A stretch of 64,000 nt of DNA from Desulfobacterales bacterium (GTDB lineage Bacteria; Desulfobacterota; Desulfobacteria; Desulfobacterales; UBA2174), in NCBI GenBank assembly GCA_963668645.2, contig CAXXWC010000021.1, forward strand, positions 992,001-1,056,000, read 5' to 3'. The position numbers and the translations under genes are program-made. This document shows, in pieces, positions 21,139 to 30,285 of this stretch. Under the pieces are notes generated by a model. It was not told the DNA's origin. It made no database searches and saw only the letters and a list, made by a program, of their open reading frames with translations. Numbering within the stretch: position 1 is the stretch's first letter; each line of letters starts with the position of its first letter.

Positions 21139-22023
21139 TCAATCAACCCCGGTCATCGTTCGAAAACGGTCCTCCAGCGCCGCAACCCGGAGCCGGCGAT
21201 CCGGTTTGAAAAAAGCGGCATAACCGGACCGGGTCGACAACACCGAACGGTTTAAGATCCCGCGGCCGAGCCGCTCCAGGGCGTCGATGGAACGGTCGAG
21301 GACCGGGTATCCTTTGTCGTCCAGGGGGATGTCACCATCGAAGACCACCGGATGGATGTTGTTGATATCCACCAGCAGGATGCGCGGCCCGTCGGTGACC
21401 AGCAGGTTGCGCATCCCGGCCAGATCCGGGATCAGGCCGTCGTGCCCCATCATGGCCTGGACGCGGTGGATCAGACGCTCCGCCTGCTGGCGCAGGCAGC
21501 GGCTGAAATCGGCCGGCGCCATCGGCTCGCATCCGCGGCTTTCGGCCTCCAGCCGGCGCTGAAGATCGGCGGCATACCCGGGACGGTGGACCTGCCAGGG
21601 ATTCAGCCCCACCCCGGCCACGAAATCCTGAATGCCGCAGAGCACAACTGCGCGCGGCCGGCCGCGGCCATAATCCACATAAAATTCGCAGGAGCGGGCA
21701 ATGAAATCCGGCCCCAGATGCCGCTCCAGGATCTTAAAACGCCGGGTTTCCAGCAACGCTTCGGCCAGTGAGGCGAATCGGCGCCGGAATATCCGCAGCA
21801 TCTTTACCGGCCGGGCGCGCGGAAAGCGGCGGATCCCGTCGATCACCACGCCGTCGCGCTCCCGGGTCACGTCCCCGGGGACGAGCATCTCCATGATGCG
21901 CGAACGCAGGCCGCTGCGAAAATGGGCTCTGAAGACATACGGCGCATCGGTGCGGATAAAATTCAGCGCCACCAGATCGGCATGTTCGATACGCTTCAGA
22001 TCCAGGATATCGGCCTGCTCCAT
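21139..22023 (-). CDS. hypothetical protein, possible protein-kinase-like fold
   Basis: 294-aa ORF filling the gap. IPDLAGMRNLLV...LLVDINN resembles the kinase catalytic loop and Mg-binding motif. Confidence 0.65.
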   Translation of the reverse strand: MEQADILDLKRIEHADLVALNFIRTDAPYVFRAHFRSGLRSRIMEMLVPGDVTRERDGVVIDGIRRFPRARPVKMLRIFRRRFASLAEALLETRRFKILERHLGPDFIARSCEFYVDYGRGRPRAVVLCGIQDFVAGVGLNPWQVHRPGYAADLQRRLEAESRGCEPMAPADFSRCLRQQAERLIHRVQAMMGHDGLIPDLAGMRNLLVTDGPRILLVDINNIHPVVFDGDIPLDDKGYPVLDRSIDALERLGRGILNRSVLSTRSGYAAFFKPDRRLRVAALEDRFRTMTGVD

Positions 22024-22333
22024 GGCCCCGAATCCCTCAAGGTCGCGACCGGTGCCGCAGCGGCCCCGGCCAAAAGGTCTTTGGGTTGACTTGCTCTGCT
22101 TTCTGGCGTCTCATCGGAAAACGATTCTCTGCCATGAGAAAGGTTTTAAAACCCGTGGCACACTTGGGTGGCGGCAAGCTCCACCCACGGGGGGGTTGCA
22201 TTCAGGCCGCCAACCCTTTATTTAGCGTCAGGTGACGGATGCAAACCTTTTAGCGACCCGGGCCTGGGGATCCCGGCCTGTCCAAGGGTCGAGACGACCG
22301 TCGAAACCGATCCTATCAGCCAAGGAAGACCCG

Positions 22334-23557
22334 ATGATCCGCATCAACGAACACTACCGCAAACTCCAATCCTCGTATTTGTTTTCCGAAATCGCCAGGC
22401 GCGTCAACTCCTTTCAGGAAGCCCAGCCCGACCGCGAAATCATCCGTCTGGGCATCGGCGATGTAACCCGGGCCCTGCCGCCGGCCTGCGTGGCCGCCTT
22501 TCATCGGGCCGTGGATGAGATGGCCGATGACGCCACCTTTCGCGGCTACGGTCCCGAGCAGGGCTATCCTTTCCTGCGCGAGGCCATCGCCAGGCATGAC
22601 TTCCAGGACCGGGGCGCCGAAATACACCCCGACGAGGTCTTCGTCAGCGACGGGGCCAAGTGCGACACGGGCAATTTCCAGGAACTCTTTGCCGGCGATA
22701 TCCGCATCGCGGTTCCAGACCCGGTCTACCCGGTTTATGTCGACACCAACGTGATGGCCGGGCGCACCGGCGCGCCGGCCCAGGGCCGCTACCCGGGACT
22801 GGTCTACCTGGAGGGAAACCGCACCAACGAATTTGTCCCGGCCCTGCCCGAAAGCGCCGTGGATCTGATCTATCTTTGTTTTCCCAACAATCCCACCGGC
22901 GCCACCATCGACCGTGCAACCTTGCAGACCTGGGTGGACTGGGCCCGGCAGAACAAGGCCCTGATCCTCTTTGACGCCGCCTACGAAGCCTTTATCCGCG
23001 ACGATGCCCTGCCCCATTCGATTTTCGAGATTCCCGGGGCCCGTGAGGTCGCCGTGGAGTTCCGCAGTTTTTCCAAGACCGCCGGGTTCACCGGCACGCG
23101 CTGCGCCTTTACCGTGGTGCCCAAGGACTGCATGGCCTATGCGGCCGACGGGACCCCCGTTTCGGTCCACAGCCTCTGGCTCAGGCGCCAGTCGACCAAG
23201 TTCAACGGCGTCTCCTACCCGGTTCAGCGGGCCGCGGCCGCCATCTATACTGAAGAAGGCCGCAGCCAGGCCAGGGCACTGCTCGCCGGCTACCTTGACA
23301 ACGCCGACCGGATCCGGGCCGCCATGCAGGCCTTGGGATTCGAGTGCTTCGGCGGGGTGCACTCGCCGTATGTCTGGGTCGACGGCCGGCGCGATTCGTG
23401 GCAATTTTTCGATCTGCTGCTCGAGCGGGCCGCAGTGGTCTGCACTCCGGGCACGGGTTTCGGCCGTTGCGGGGAAGGCTATATCCGCATCAGCGCCTTC
23501 AACAGCGCCGAAAAGGTCGACCAGGCCCTCGAACGCATCCGCACGGCCTTGATATAG
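22334..23557 (+). CDS. dapL: LL-diaminopimelate aminotransferase
   Basis: [62 protein letters not shown]. Confidence 0.96.
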   Translation: MIRINEHYRKLQSSYLFSEIARRVNSFQEAQPDREIIRLGIGDVTRALPPACVAAFHRAVDEMADDATFRGYGPEQGYPFLREAIARHDFQDRGAEIHPDEVFVSDGAKCDTGNFQELFAGDIRIAVPDPVYPVYVDTNVMAGRTGAPAQGRYPGLVYLEGNRTNEFVPALPESAVDLIYLCFPNNPTGATIDRATLQTWVDWARQNKALILFDAAYEAFIRDDALPHSIFEIPGAREVAVEFRSFSKTAGFTGTRCAFTVVPKDCMAYAADGTPVSVHSLWLRRQSTKFNGVSYPVQRAAAAIYTEEGRSQARALLAGYLDNADRIRAAMQALGFECFGGVHSPYVWVDGRRDSWQFFDLLLERAAVVCTPGTGFGRCGEGYIRISAFNSAEKVDQALERIRTALI

Positions 23558-23582
23558 CAAGGGCCTGCGGCAGGAATCCCCT

Positions 23583-25094
23583 ATGAACGCTCCAGGTTCT
23601 TCGCATTACGATCTGGCGGTCATCGGCTGCGGCCCCGGCGGCTTTGCCGGCGCCATGCGCGCCCTGGACCTGGGCAAGCGGGTCTGTGTGATCGAGGCCG
23701 GCCAGATCGGCGGCGCCGGGGTCATGTGGGGGGCACTGGCTTCCAAAACCATGTGGGAGCTGGCCAAGGACTACGATGTGGCCCGCAAGGTGGATCGGGG
23801 CTACCGGGCGGCCGAACTGACCGTCGACTACACCGAGGTGCGGGCCAGCATCCTGGCTGCAGTGGAAGAAAAGCAGCAGCAGATGCTCAGCCAGCTCGAA
23901 ACCTTCTCCGCCCGGCGCCGCAGGATCGAGGCCCCCGGCGTAACCTACCTGCGCGGCCACGCCCGGTTTATCGATCCCGGAAGGCTTGAAGTTGCTGCGG
24001 CCGACGGCGGCGGCAAAACGATGGTCACTGCCGATCGTTTTCTTGTCGCCACCGGATCGCGGCCGCGCCGGCTGGAGAACGTGGCCACCGACCAGCATCG
24101 GGTGCTGGATTCCGACGGGGTGCTCAACCTCAGGGCTTTTCCCCGGCGGCTGGTGATTCTCGGCGCCGGAATCATCGGCTGCGAGTACGCCACCATCTTT
24201 TCCAACTTCGGCCAGACGCAGGTCTTTCTGGTCGACAGCGCCGAGCGCATCATCCCTTACGAAGACCCGGATGTCAGCCAGTTCGTCAGCGCCAGCCTGA
24301 AGGCCAACAAGGTTCAGATCTACCATTCGGCCACGCTGCGCTGCGTCGTACAGGGGACCGAAGATATCGATGTGGTCCTCGACCTGGCCGGCGGCCAGAG
24401 CCGGGTCATCAAGGCCGACGCCCTGCTGGTGGCCATCGGCCGCACCCCCCGGCTGGATGATCTGGGGTTGGAAACGGTGGGGATCGCCCCTGATGCCCGC
24501 GGCTTTCTCGAGGTGGACCCCAGCGGCCGGGTGGCCCATCAGATCTACGCCTGCGGCGACGTAACGGCCCACCCTTCCCTGGTCAACCTCGCCGAAATGG
24601 AAAGCCGGCATGCGGTTGCGGCCATGTTCGGGGGGCCGCAGCGGATTCTGTCCTACCGCAACATGAGTACGGTAATGTTTTTCAAGCCGACCCTGGCGGC
24701 CGTCGGACTCAACGAAAAGGCCTGCCAACGCAAGAAGATCGCCTACCGGGTGGCCTATTTTTCCCTCGCCCTGCTCCCCCGGGCCATCGCCATGCGCGCC
24801 ACCCGCGGCTTTGTCAAGATCATCGTGGGCGCCGGCGGCGAGCAGAAGATCCTCGGCATGCGGGCCGCCGGACCCCAGGCCTCCAACACCATCATGAGCG
24901 TGGCCATGCTCATCGATCAAGACCGGGGGATCCACGACGTGCTCAAATCGCTCTACCCCCATCCGACCATGTCCGAGGCCATCCAGGAGTGCCTGCGTCT
25001 GCTCACCGGCACTTCGGTCTACAAACCCGAGGCCTTTCCCGACCTGCTGCGCATCCGCGCCTGGGATTCGCAACGCGGCTATTGCGAGGGATAG
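23583..25094 (+). CDS. flavoprotein disulfide-reductase-family oxidoreductase lacking the redox cysteines (SthA/LpdA-like)
   Basis: IGCGPGG, ATGSRP, GAGIIGCEYA, YACGDV, HPTMSE. The CxxxxC position reads GGAGVMWGALASK. Confidence 0.8.
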   Translation: MNAPGSSHYDLAVIGCGPGGFAGAMRALDLGKRVCVIEAGQIGGAGVMWGALASKTMWELAKDYDVARKVDRGYRAAELTVDYTEVRASILAAVEEKQQQMLSQLETFSARRRRIEAPGVTYLRGHARFIDPGRLEVAAADGGGKTMVTADRFLVATGSRPRRLENVATDQHRVLDSDGVLNLRAFPRRLVILGAGIIGCEYATIFSNFGQTQVFLVDSAERIIPYEDPDVSQFVSASLKANKVQIYHSATLRCVVQGTEDIDVVLDLAGGQSRVIKADALLVAIGRTPRLDDLGLETVGIAPDARGFLEVDPSGRVAHQIYACGDVTAHPSLVNLAEMESRHAVAAMFGGPQRILSYRNMSTVMFFKPTLAAVGLNEKACQRKKIAYRVAYFSLALLPRAIAMRATRGFVKIIVGAGGEQKILGMRAAGPQASNTIMSVAMLIDQDRGIHDVLKSLYPHPTMSEAIQECLRLLTGTSVYKPEAFPDLLRIRAWDSQRGYCEG

Positions 25095-25118
25095 CCGGAA
25101 GCCGGACGGCTTCCGGCT
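25093..25118. terminator. GC-rich hairpin between convergent genes (candidate terminator)
   Basis: AGCCGGAAGCC-GGAC-GGCTTCCGGCT, a perfect 11-bp stem at the stop of the oxidoreductase; U-tract weak. Confidence 0.5.
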
Positions 25119-25145
25119 TGAGAGTGCGGGCAAGCGGCGATTTTT

Positions 25146-25616
25146 TCAATTGACGATCAACACCGACTGTTCCTTGGCCAGGGCGAGAATCTTCTGGGAT
25201 GTGCTGCCGAGGAAAAATTCACGCACGGCCGACTGCCCCCTGCGCCCGACCACGATCAAGTCGTAGCCGTTGGCGGCTTCGGCCAGGATGTCCCGGGCGA
25301 CCCCCCTTTTTTTGGTTTCCGACTTGAGGGTGATGTTGCGCTCGGGAAACCCGTTGTCCATCAACCGCTGGCGGGCCGCTTCCAGGGCCTGGTCCACCAC
25401 CTGCCGCTTGCGATTTTCCAGCTCGCAAAAGCTCGCCTGCTGGGCCTTGAAATAGGGGGTCAGCTCGGGCGACTGCATCTCGCACAATGCCGCGGTGTCC
25501 TGGATGACGGCCATCAGGGTTACCTGGTGAACCGGGGCGAAAGTGCGGGCCACATAGTCCACGGCACGCATGGCATTTTCCGATTCGTCGCAGGCAATGA
25601 GGATATTCTGGGTCAT
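25146..25616 (-). CDS. universal stress protein (UspA family)
   Basis: NILIACDESENA.RA, DLIVVGRRG, FFLGSTSQK, SVLIV. Confidence 0.92.
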   Translation of the reverse strand: MTQNILIACDESENAMRAVDYVARTFAPVHQVTLMAVIQDTAALCEMQSPELTPYFKAQQASFCELENRKRQVVDQALEAARQRLMDNGFPERNITLKSETKKRGVARDILAEAANGYDLIVVGRRGQSAVREFFLGSTSQKILALAKEQSVLIVN

Positions 25617-25706
25617 GGCGGGTCTCCTTGGTTGAGTGTGCACTGCGAATAAGCCGTTTTTGGATCTGCCTTCCGATCGTTCGGACCCGCCTGGCCGGTC
25701 CGATGA

Positions 25707-27410
25707 CTACCGGCACAGGTCAGATCCCATTTTTCCCAGGGCCTGCTGGCAGACGCCGCGAAACCTTGCGGCCTGCGGATCGTCTCCCAAAGGTGCGAGC
25801 AGTTGGTGTGCGCGGTCAAAATCGCCGGCGTTGATCCAACTCACCGCCAGGCAGAGCCGAATCGCGCCATCGTCGGCAAAACTGGCCAACCCCTGCTCCA
25901 AAACGGCGATGCTTTCGGCCGTATCGCGCCGCTGCTGGAGCAGCATCCCCAACCCGAGGCAGGCCCGGGCATCCAGCGCCAGGCCCAGGGCCCGGCGATA
26001 GAGATCTTCGGCCACCCCCGGGCTGTCGGGGATCTGGGGATGATCAGCATAGTCGCCCCGGTGAAATGTCAGGGCCAAGCGCGAAAGAAAATCGGCCTGC
26101 ATGCGGCTCAGAGACGGATCGTCCGTCAGTTTAATGCACCGCGCGTAGTTCGGCAAGTGGCGATGAAAGTGCCGGCGCAGGGTGCGTCCGAAAGCGAGCA
26201 CTTGATCACGGCTCAAGGCCGGGTCGGTCTCGAAGTAGAGGATATCTTCCACACGCTTGAGCCAAATCTCATCGGTGGCGCCGCAGCGGCGTTTGAAATC
26301 CTCGTAGAGGGCCGTTCCGGGGAAAAGATCCAGAATGTAAAAGATCGCCCCCAACGGGCGGATCCGATCCATCAGGGCAAGAGTCTCGGAAACCGTAGCC
26401 TCGCTTTCGCCCGGACATCCGTAGATAAAGTAGGCCCGGGCCAGGATGCCATGGCCGGCGGTCAGATCGAAAGCCCGCCGGACCTGCTCGTCTTGGATAT
26501 CCTTGCACAAGGTACGGCGCACCGCCGGCGATCCGCTCTCCACCCCGTAGCTGATCTGAACGCAACCGGCCTTGCGCATCCAGGCCAGGGTCTCTGCATC
26601 CACCGCGCTCACCTTGCTGATGGCCACCCAGGTGATGTCCAAAGCGCGATGGATGATCTCGCGGCACACGGCCTGAACCCGCCGCCGGCTCAGGGTAAAC
26701 GTGTCGTCGGAAAAATAGAAAAAGCGCATCCCGCGCCGGTAGAGACGTTCTATCTGGTCGACGAAATAGGCCACCGAGTGAAAGCGCACCCGCCGGCCCC
26801 AGAATCGCGGCGAGCCGCAAAAGGTGCACCGGCCCGGGCAGCCGCGGGTCATGGACAGATGCTGAAAGGCAAAATAGCGCGCCGGGTCCGGCAGCCGGTC
26901 CAGATCGGTGATCCGCCGGGGCGGGACCGCCAACACCGGCCGCCCGCCGCGCCGGAGCGCCAGGCCCGGCAGGTCGTCCGGGAGTGCGGCGCCCGATTCC
27001 AATGAACGCACCACGGCCAGCAGGGTCTCTTCCCCCTCGCCCACCACCACGGCGTCAACTTCCGCAAAATGGGCCAGCAGATGCTCCCAGAGCATGCTGG
27101 CCCCGATCCCTCCGAACACCACCATGGCCCGGGGCAGGTGCCGCCGCACCAGCCGGGCGATCTCGATGGCCCCCCAGCGGTTGGCGTGCAGCACGGAAAA
27201 ACCCACCAGATCCGGCTGGAGGGCCTTCAGCGCCTTGACCATTTCCTTGTCCTGCCCGGCCCGATCGTGCCAGTTGAGAATCTGCACCGCATGCCCGTGA
27301 TCGCGCAGCATGGCCCCAACATAGAAAAGACCGATGGGAACTGCCGCGATCTCTTCGGGTCCGGCGATGCGGGCTTCCAGGAAGTAGGGATAAATCAGAG
27401 CGATTTTCAC
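25707..27410 (-). CDS. cobalamin-binding radical SAM protein with C-terminal TPR-like helices
   Basis: N-terminal B12-binding domain (PIGL.Y, PDLVGFS, VVVGEGE), TRGCPGRCTFC, SDDTF, GVESGS. GTG start 27410. Confidence 0.87.
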   Translation of the reverse strand: MKIALIYPYFLEARIAGPEEIAAVPIGLFYVGAMLRDHGHAVQILNWHDRAGQDKEMVKALKALQPDLVGFSVLHANRWGAIEIARLVRRHLPRAMVVFGGIGASMLWEHLLAHFAEVDAVVVGEGEETLLAVVRSLESGAALPDDLPGLALRRGGRPVLAVPPRRITDLDRLPDPARYFAFQHLSMTRGCPGRCTFCGSPRFWGRRVRFHSVAYFVDQIERLYRRGMRFFYFSDDTFTLSRRRVQAVCREIIHRALDITWVAISKVSAVDAETLAWMRKAGCVQISYGVESGSPAVRRTLCKDIQDEQVRRAFDLTAGHGILARAYFIYGCPGESEATVSETLALMDRIRPLGAIFYILDLFPGTALYEDFKRRCGATDEIWLKRVEDILYFETDPALSRDQVLAFGRTLRRHFHRHLPNYARCIKLTDDPSLSRMQADFLSRLALTFHRGDYADHPQIPDSPGVAEDLYRRALGLALDARACLGLGMLLQQRRDTAESIAVLEQGLASFADDGAIRLCLAVSWINAGDFDRAHQLLAPLGDDPQAARFRGVCQQALGKMGSDLCR

Positions 27411-27614
27411 GGTCCCTTGACGTTGCCCTCCTCGCCTTGGCTGGCGATCGAATCCGCCTGTGTCTTGCAAGGCTTTTCATAACACAGGCCGCCGCTGTCA
27501 CCAAATTGCCGCAAGCACAAGAAAGATTGCAGCGATCGGATGAAAAACGGTCCCCAAACGGCGACCATCTATCTTGCAGGAGTGAAAGCATGGTTGCCCA
27601 AAACCGCAGATTTA

Positions 27615-27658
27615 AGAATATAATTCTGCCAATATCAATTTTCAGAGAATTTTATATT
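27615..27658. promoter_or_regulatory. tandem Lrp-type binding sites
   Basis: AGAATATAATTCT (27615-27627) and AGAATTTTATATT (27646-27658), 31 bp apart, abutting TTGACA (27657-27662) upstream of the Lrp gene. Confidence 0.55.
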
Positions 27659-27710
27659 GACAAACCCCTTTCCCTTGCGTATTTACCGCTCAAATGTACG
27701 GAGGCCACCT

Positions 27711-28181
27711 ATGCTGGACGACATCGACCTGACCATTTTGAAGATTCTCCAAGAAAAGGCCCGCATTCCCAATGTCGAGGTTGCGCGCCAGGTGGGCATG
27801 GCCCCTTCGGCTGTCCTGGAACGGATCCGCAAGCTGGAGCGCCAAGCGTATATTGACGGTTATGAGGTTCGCCTCAACCCGGAGCGCTTCGGCCGCCGGC
27901 TGGTGGCCTTCGTCACCGTGACCACCGCCGGGCCTGAAAGCGAACCGATCATCGGCCGGCTCCTGGCCGCCATCGCCGACGTTCAGGAAGTTCATTTCGT
28001 CGCCGGCCAGGACAGCTACCTGATCAAGGTGCGCTGCGCCGATACCCGGGCCCTGGACCGGCTCCTGCGTGAAAAGATCGCCCCGCTGGACGGGGTGATC
28101 GCCACCCGCACCGCCATCGCCCTGACCACCTTGAAGGAAACCGCCCGCATCTCCATCGACGAAGACAAGGAGGAGCCCTGA
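27711..28181 (+). CDS. Lrp/AsnC family transcriptional regulator
   Basis: LDDIDLTILKILQEKARI...VLERIRKLE HTH and RAM domain (EVHFVAGQDSYLIKV). GGAGG RBS. Confidence 0.94.
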   Translation: MLDDIDLTILKILQEKARIPNVEVARQVGMAPSAVLERIRKLERQAYIDGYEVRLNPERFGRRLVAFVTVTTAGPESEPIIGRLLAAIADVQEVHFVAGQDSYLIKVRCADTRALDRLLREKIAPLDGVIATRTAIALTTLKETARISIDEDKEEP

Positions 28182-28183
28182 CA

Positions 28184-29446
28184 ATGCCCATGCCCCCGGA
28201 CTTTGAAGCACGTCTCTATCCCCGGCTGGAGGCCATTGCCGACCATTTCGGCACACCCTTTCACATCTACGACGAGGCCGGGATCCGCGCCACCGCCCGC
28301 CGCCTCAAGGCGGCCTTCGGCGGTCTAGAGGGATTTCGCGAATTTTTCGCCGTCAAGGCCCTGCCCAACCCCCGGATCCTGGCGATCATGGCCGACGAAG
28401 GCTTCGGATTCGACTGCAGCTCCATCAGCGAGCTGATATTGGCCCGCAGGGTCGGGGCCGCTCCGGACGACATCATGTTTACCTCGAACAACACCAGCGG
28501 CGAAGACTTCCGCGTGGCGGGCCTCGACGGCGGATGCCGGCTCAATCTCGATGATGTGGGCCTTATCTCCAAGGTTCCCGCGATGCCCGAACAGATTTGT
28601 TTCCGCTACAATCCAGGGGCCCGGCGCACCGGCAACAGCATCATCGGCAATCCGGTGGAAGCCAAGTACGGGGTAGCCCACGACCAGATTCTGGCCGCCT
28701 ACCGGACCGCCATGGACCGCGGCGCTCGCCGCTTCGGGCTGCACACCATGCTGGCCTCCAACGAACGCAACGAGGCCTACATGGTCCAGACGGTGGAAAT
28801 GCTCCTCGAGGTCGTCGCCTCGGTGGGCCGGGAGTTGGCCATCCGCTTCGACTACATCAACATGGGCGGCGGCCTGGGGATTGCCTACGGCCCGCAGGAC
28901 GCCCCCCTGGACCTGGAGGCCATGGCCGCCGCGATCAGCCGCCAAATCGAGCGCTTCCGAACGGCTCAAGGCTATGCACCGCGCCTGTTCATGGAAAGCG
29001 GCCGGTTCATGACCGGCCAACACGGCGTCTTGGTCACCCGGGCCATCAACCGCAAGGAGACCTACCGCACCTATGTCGGGGTCGACGCCTGCATGACGGC
29101 CCTGATGCGCCCGGGAATCTACGGGGCCTACCACCATATCACTATTCCGTCGCGCCTGGGGGAAACGGCCCGCCAGACGGTGGACGTGGTGGGCTCCTTG
29201 TGTGAAAACAACGACAAGTTCGCCATCCAGCGCGAGCTTCCGCCCATCAGCAGCGGGGATCTGGTGGTAATCCACGACACCGGGGCCCACGGCCATTCCA
29301 TGGGCTTCAACTACAACGGCAAGCTGCGTCCCCAGGAGCTGCTCCTTACCGCCGAAGGAACGGTGGAACGGATCCGGCGAAGGGAAACGGTGGCCGACTA
29401 TTTCGCCACCCTCAATTTCGTGCCGGAGGTCTGGCAAGCGAATTGA
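28184..29446 (+). CDS. lysA: diaminopimelate decarboxylase
   Basis: GTPFHIYDE, FAVKALPN, AKYG, NMGGGLG, ESGR, VGSLCENNDKF, GFNYNG. Confidence 0.9.
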   Translation: MPMPPDFEARLYPRLEAIADHFGTPFHIYDEAGIRATARRLKAAFGGLEGFREFFAVKALPNPRILAIMADEGFGFDCSSISELILARRVGAAPDDIMFTSNNTSGEDFRVAGLDGGCRLNLDDVGLISKVPAMPEQICFRYNPGARRTGNSIIGNPVEAKYGVAHDQILAAYRTAMDRGARRFGLHTMLASNERNEAYMVQTVEMLLEVVASVGRELAIRFDYINMGGGLGIAYGPQDAPLDLEAMAAAISRQIERFRTAQGYAPRLFMESGRFMTGQHGVLVTRAINRKETYRTYVGVDACMTALMRPGIYGAYHHITIPSRLGETARQTVDVVGSLCENNDKFAIQRELPPISSGDLVVIHDTGAHGHSMGFNYNGKLRPQELLLTAEGTVERIRRRETVADYFATLNFVPEVWQAN

Positions 29447-29555
29447 CAACCTCCGGACGATCGGGTAGGGATTCGATTTTTCAGATTTTAGCGCCGTTGC
29501 AATAGGCGGTGCGATCTTTGGATACAGTAACGCCATCTTCGCAGGAGAACGACAT

Positions 29556-30125
29556 ATGAAAACGCCCCACACCGGCAAGCGGGTCCAGCAACTGCTCGAC
29601 AGCCGTGAGATGACCGTCGAAGAGCTGGCCGTGCGCACCGGCCTGGATGATGCCTTTCTCAACGGCCTGTTCACCGACGATGTTTACCCCTCCATAGGGC
29701 CCCTGCTCAAAATCGCCCGTGCCCTGGGGGTGCGCCTCGGCACGCTGATCGACGACCAGATCAGCACGGACCCGTTGATTATCCGCCGGACCGATCGTAC
29801 CGAAGAACTGCATATGCTGCGGGCCAAGGATCGGCCCAAGGCCATGAGCTTCTACTCCCTGGGACGCGGGAAGACCGACCGGCACATGGAGCCGTTCTTT
29901 GTCGAGCTGCTGCCGGAATCGGCCGGCACGCCGCGCCTCTCCTCCCACGAGGGCGAAGAGTTTTTCGTGGTCCACGCCGGCACGGTCCAGGTCATCTACG
30001 GCACCGAGATCCATCTGCTGGAAACCGGCGACAGCATCTACTACAACTCCATCGTGCCGCACTACGTCAGCTGCGCGGGCAGCGCGCCGGCCAGCATCTA
30101 TGCGGTGCTCTACATCCCGGAGTAG
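29556..30125 (+). CDS. XRE-family regulator with C-terminal cupin domain
   Basis: HTH (TVEELAVRTG..PSIGPLLKIARALGV) and cupin (MEPF, SHEGEEF, GDSIYYNS.VPH). Confidence 0.9.
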   Translation: MKTPHTGKRVQQLLDSREMTVEELAVRTGLDDAFLNGLFTDDVYPSIGPLLKIARALGVRLGTLIDDQISTDPLIIRRTDRTEELHMLRAKDRPKAMSFYSLGRGKTDRHMEPFFVELLPESAGTPRLSSHEGEEFFVVHAGTVQVIYGTEIHLLETGDSIYYNSIVPHYVSCAGSAPASIYAVLYIPE

Positions 30126-30285
30126 TGGCGACGGTCCCGCGCAGCGGAACCGTTTCAAGCAGCAGCCAACGAAAGTGACCCCGGAAAGCGGGCCGGCGTT
30201 TCGCCGGCCCGACACTTGCCCGTACAGGCAACCTTGCCGGTCACTATAGATGTCAGTCACCTCATATCGTCAGGAGGCCCACCAC

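Noticed and set aside
22024..22333. Lysine riboswitch upstream of dapL (also looked for before lysA)
   Set aside because: The conserved AGAGGNGC, GCCGAA and CUGUC/GCGCU elements were not found.
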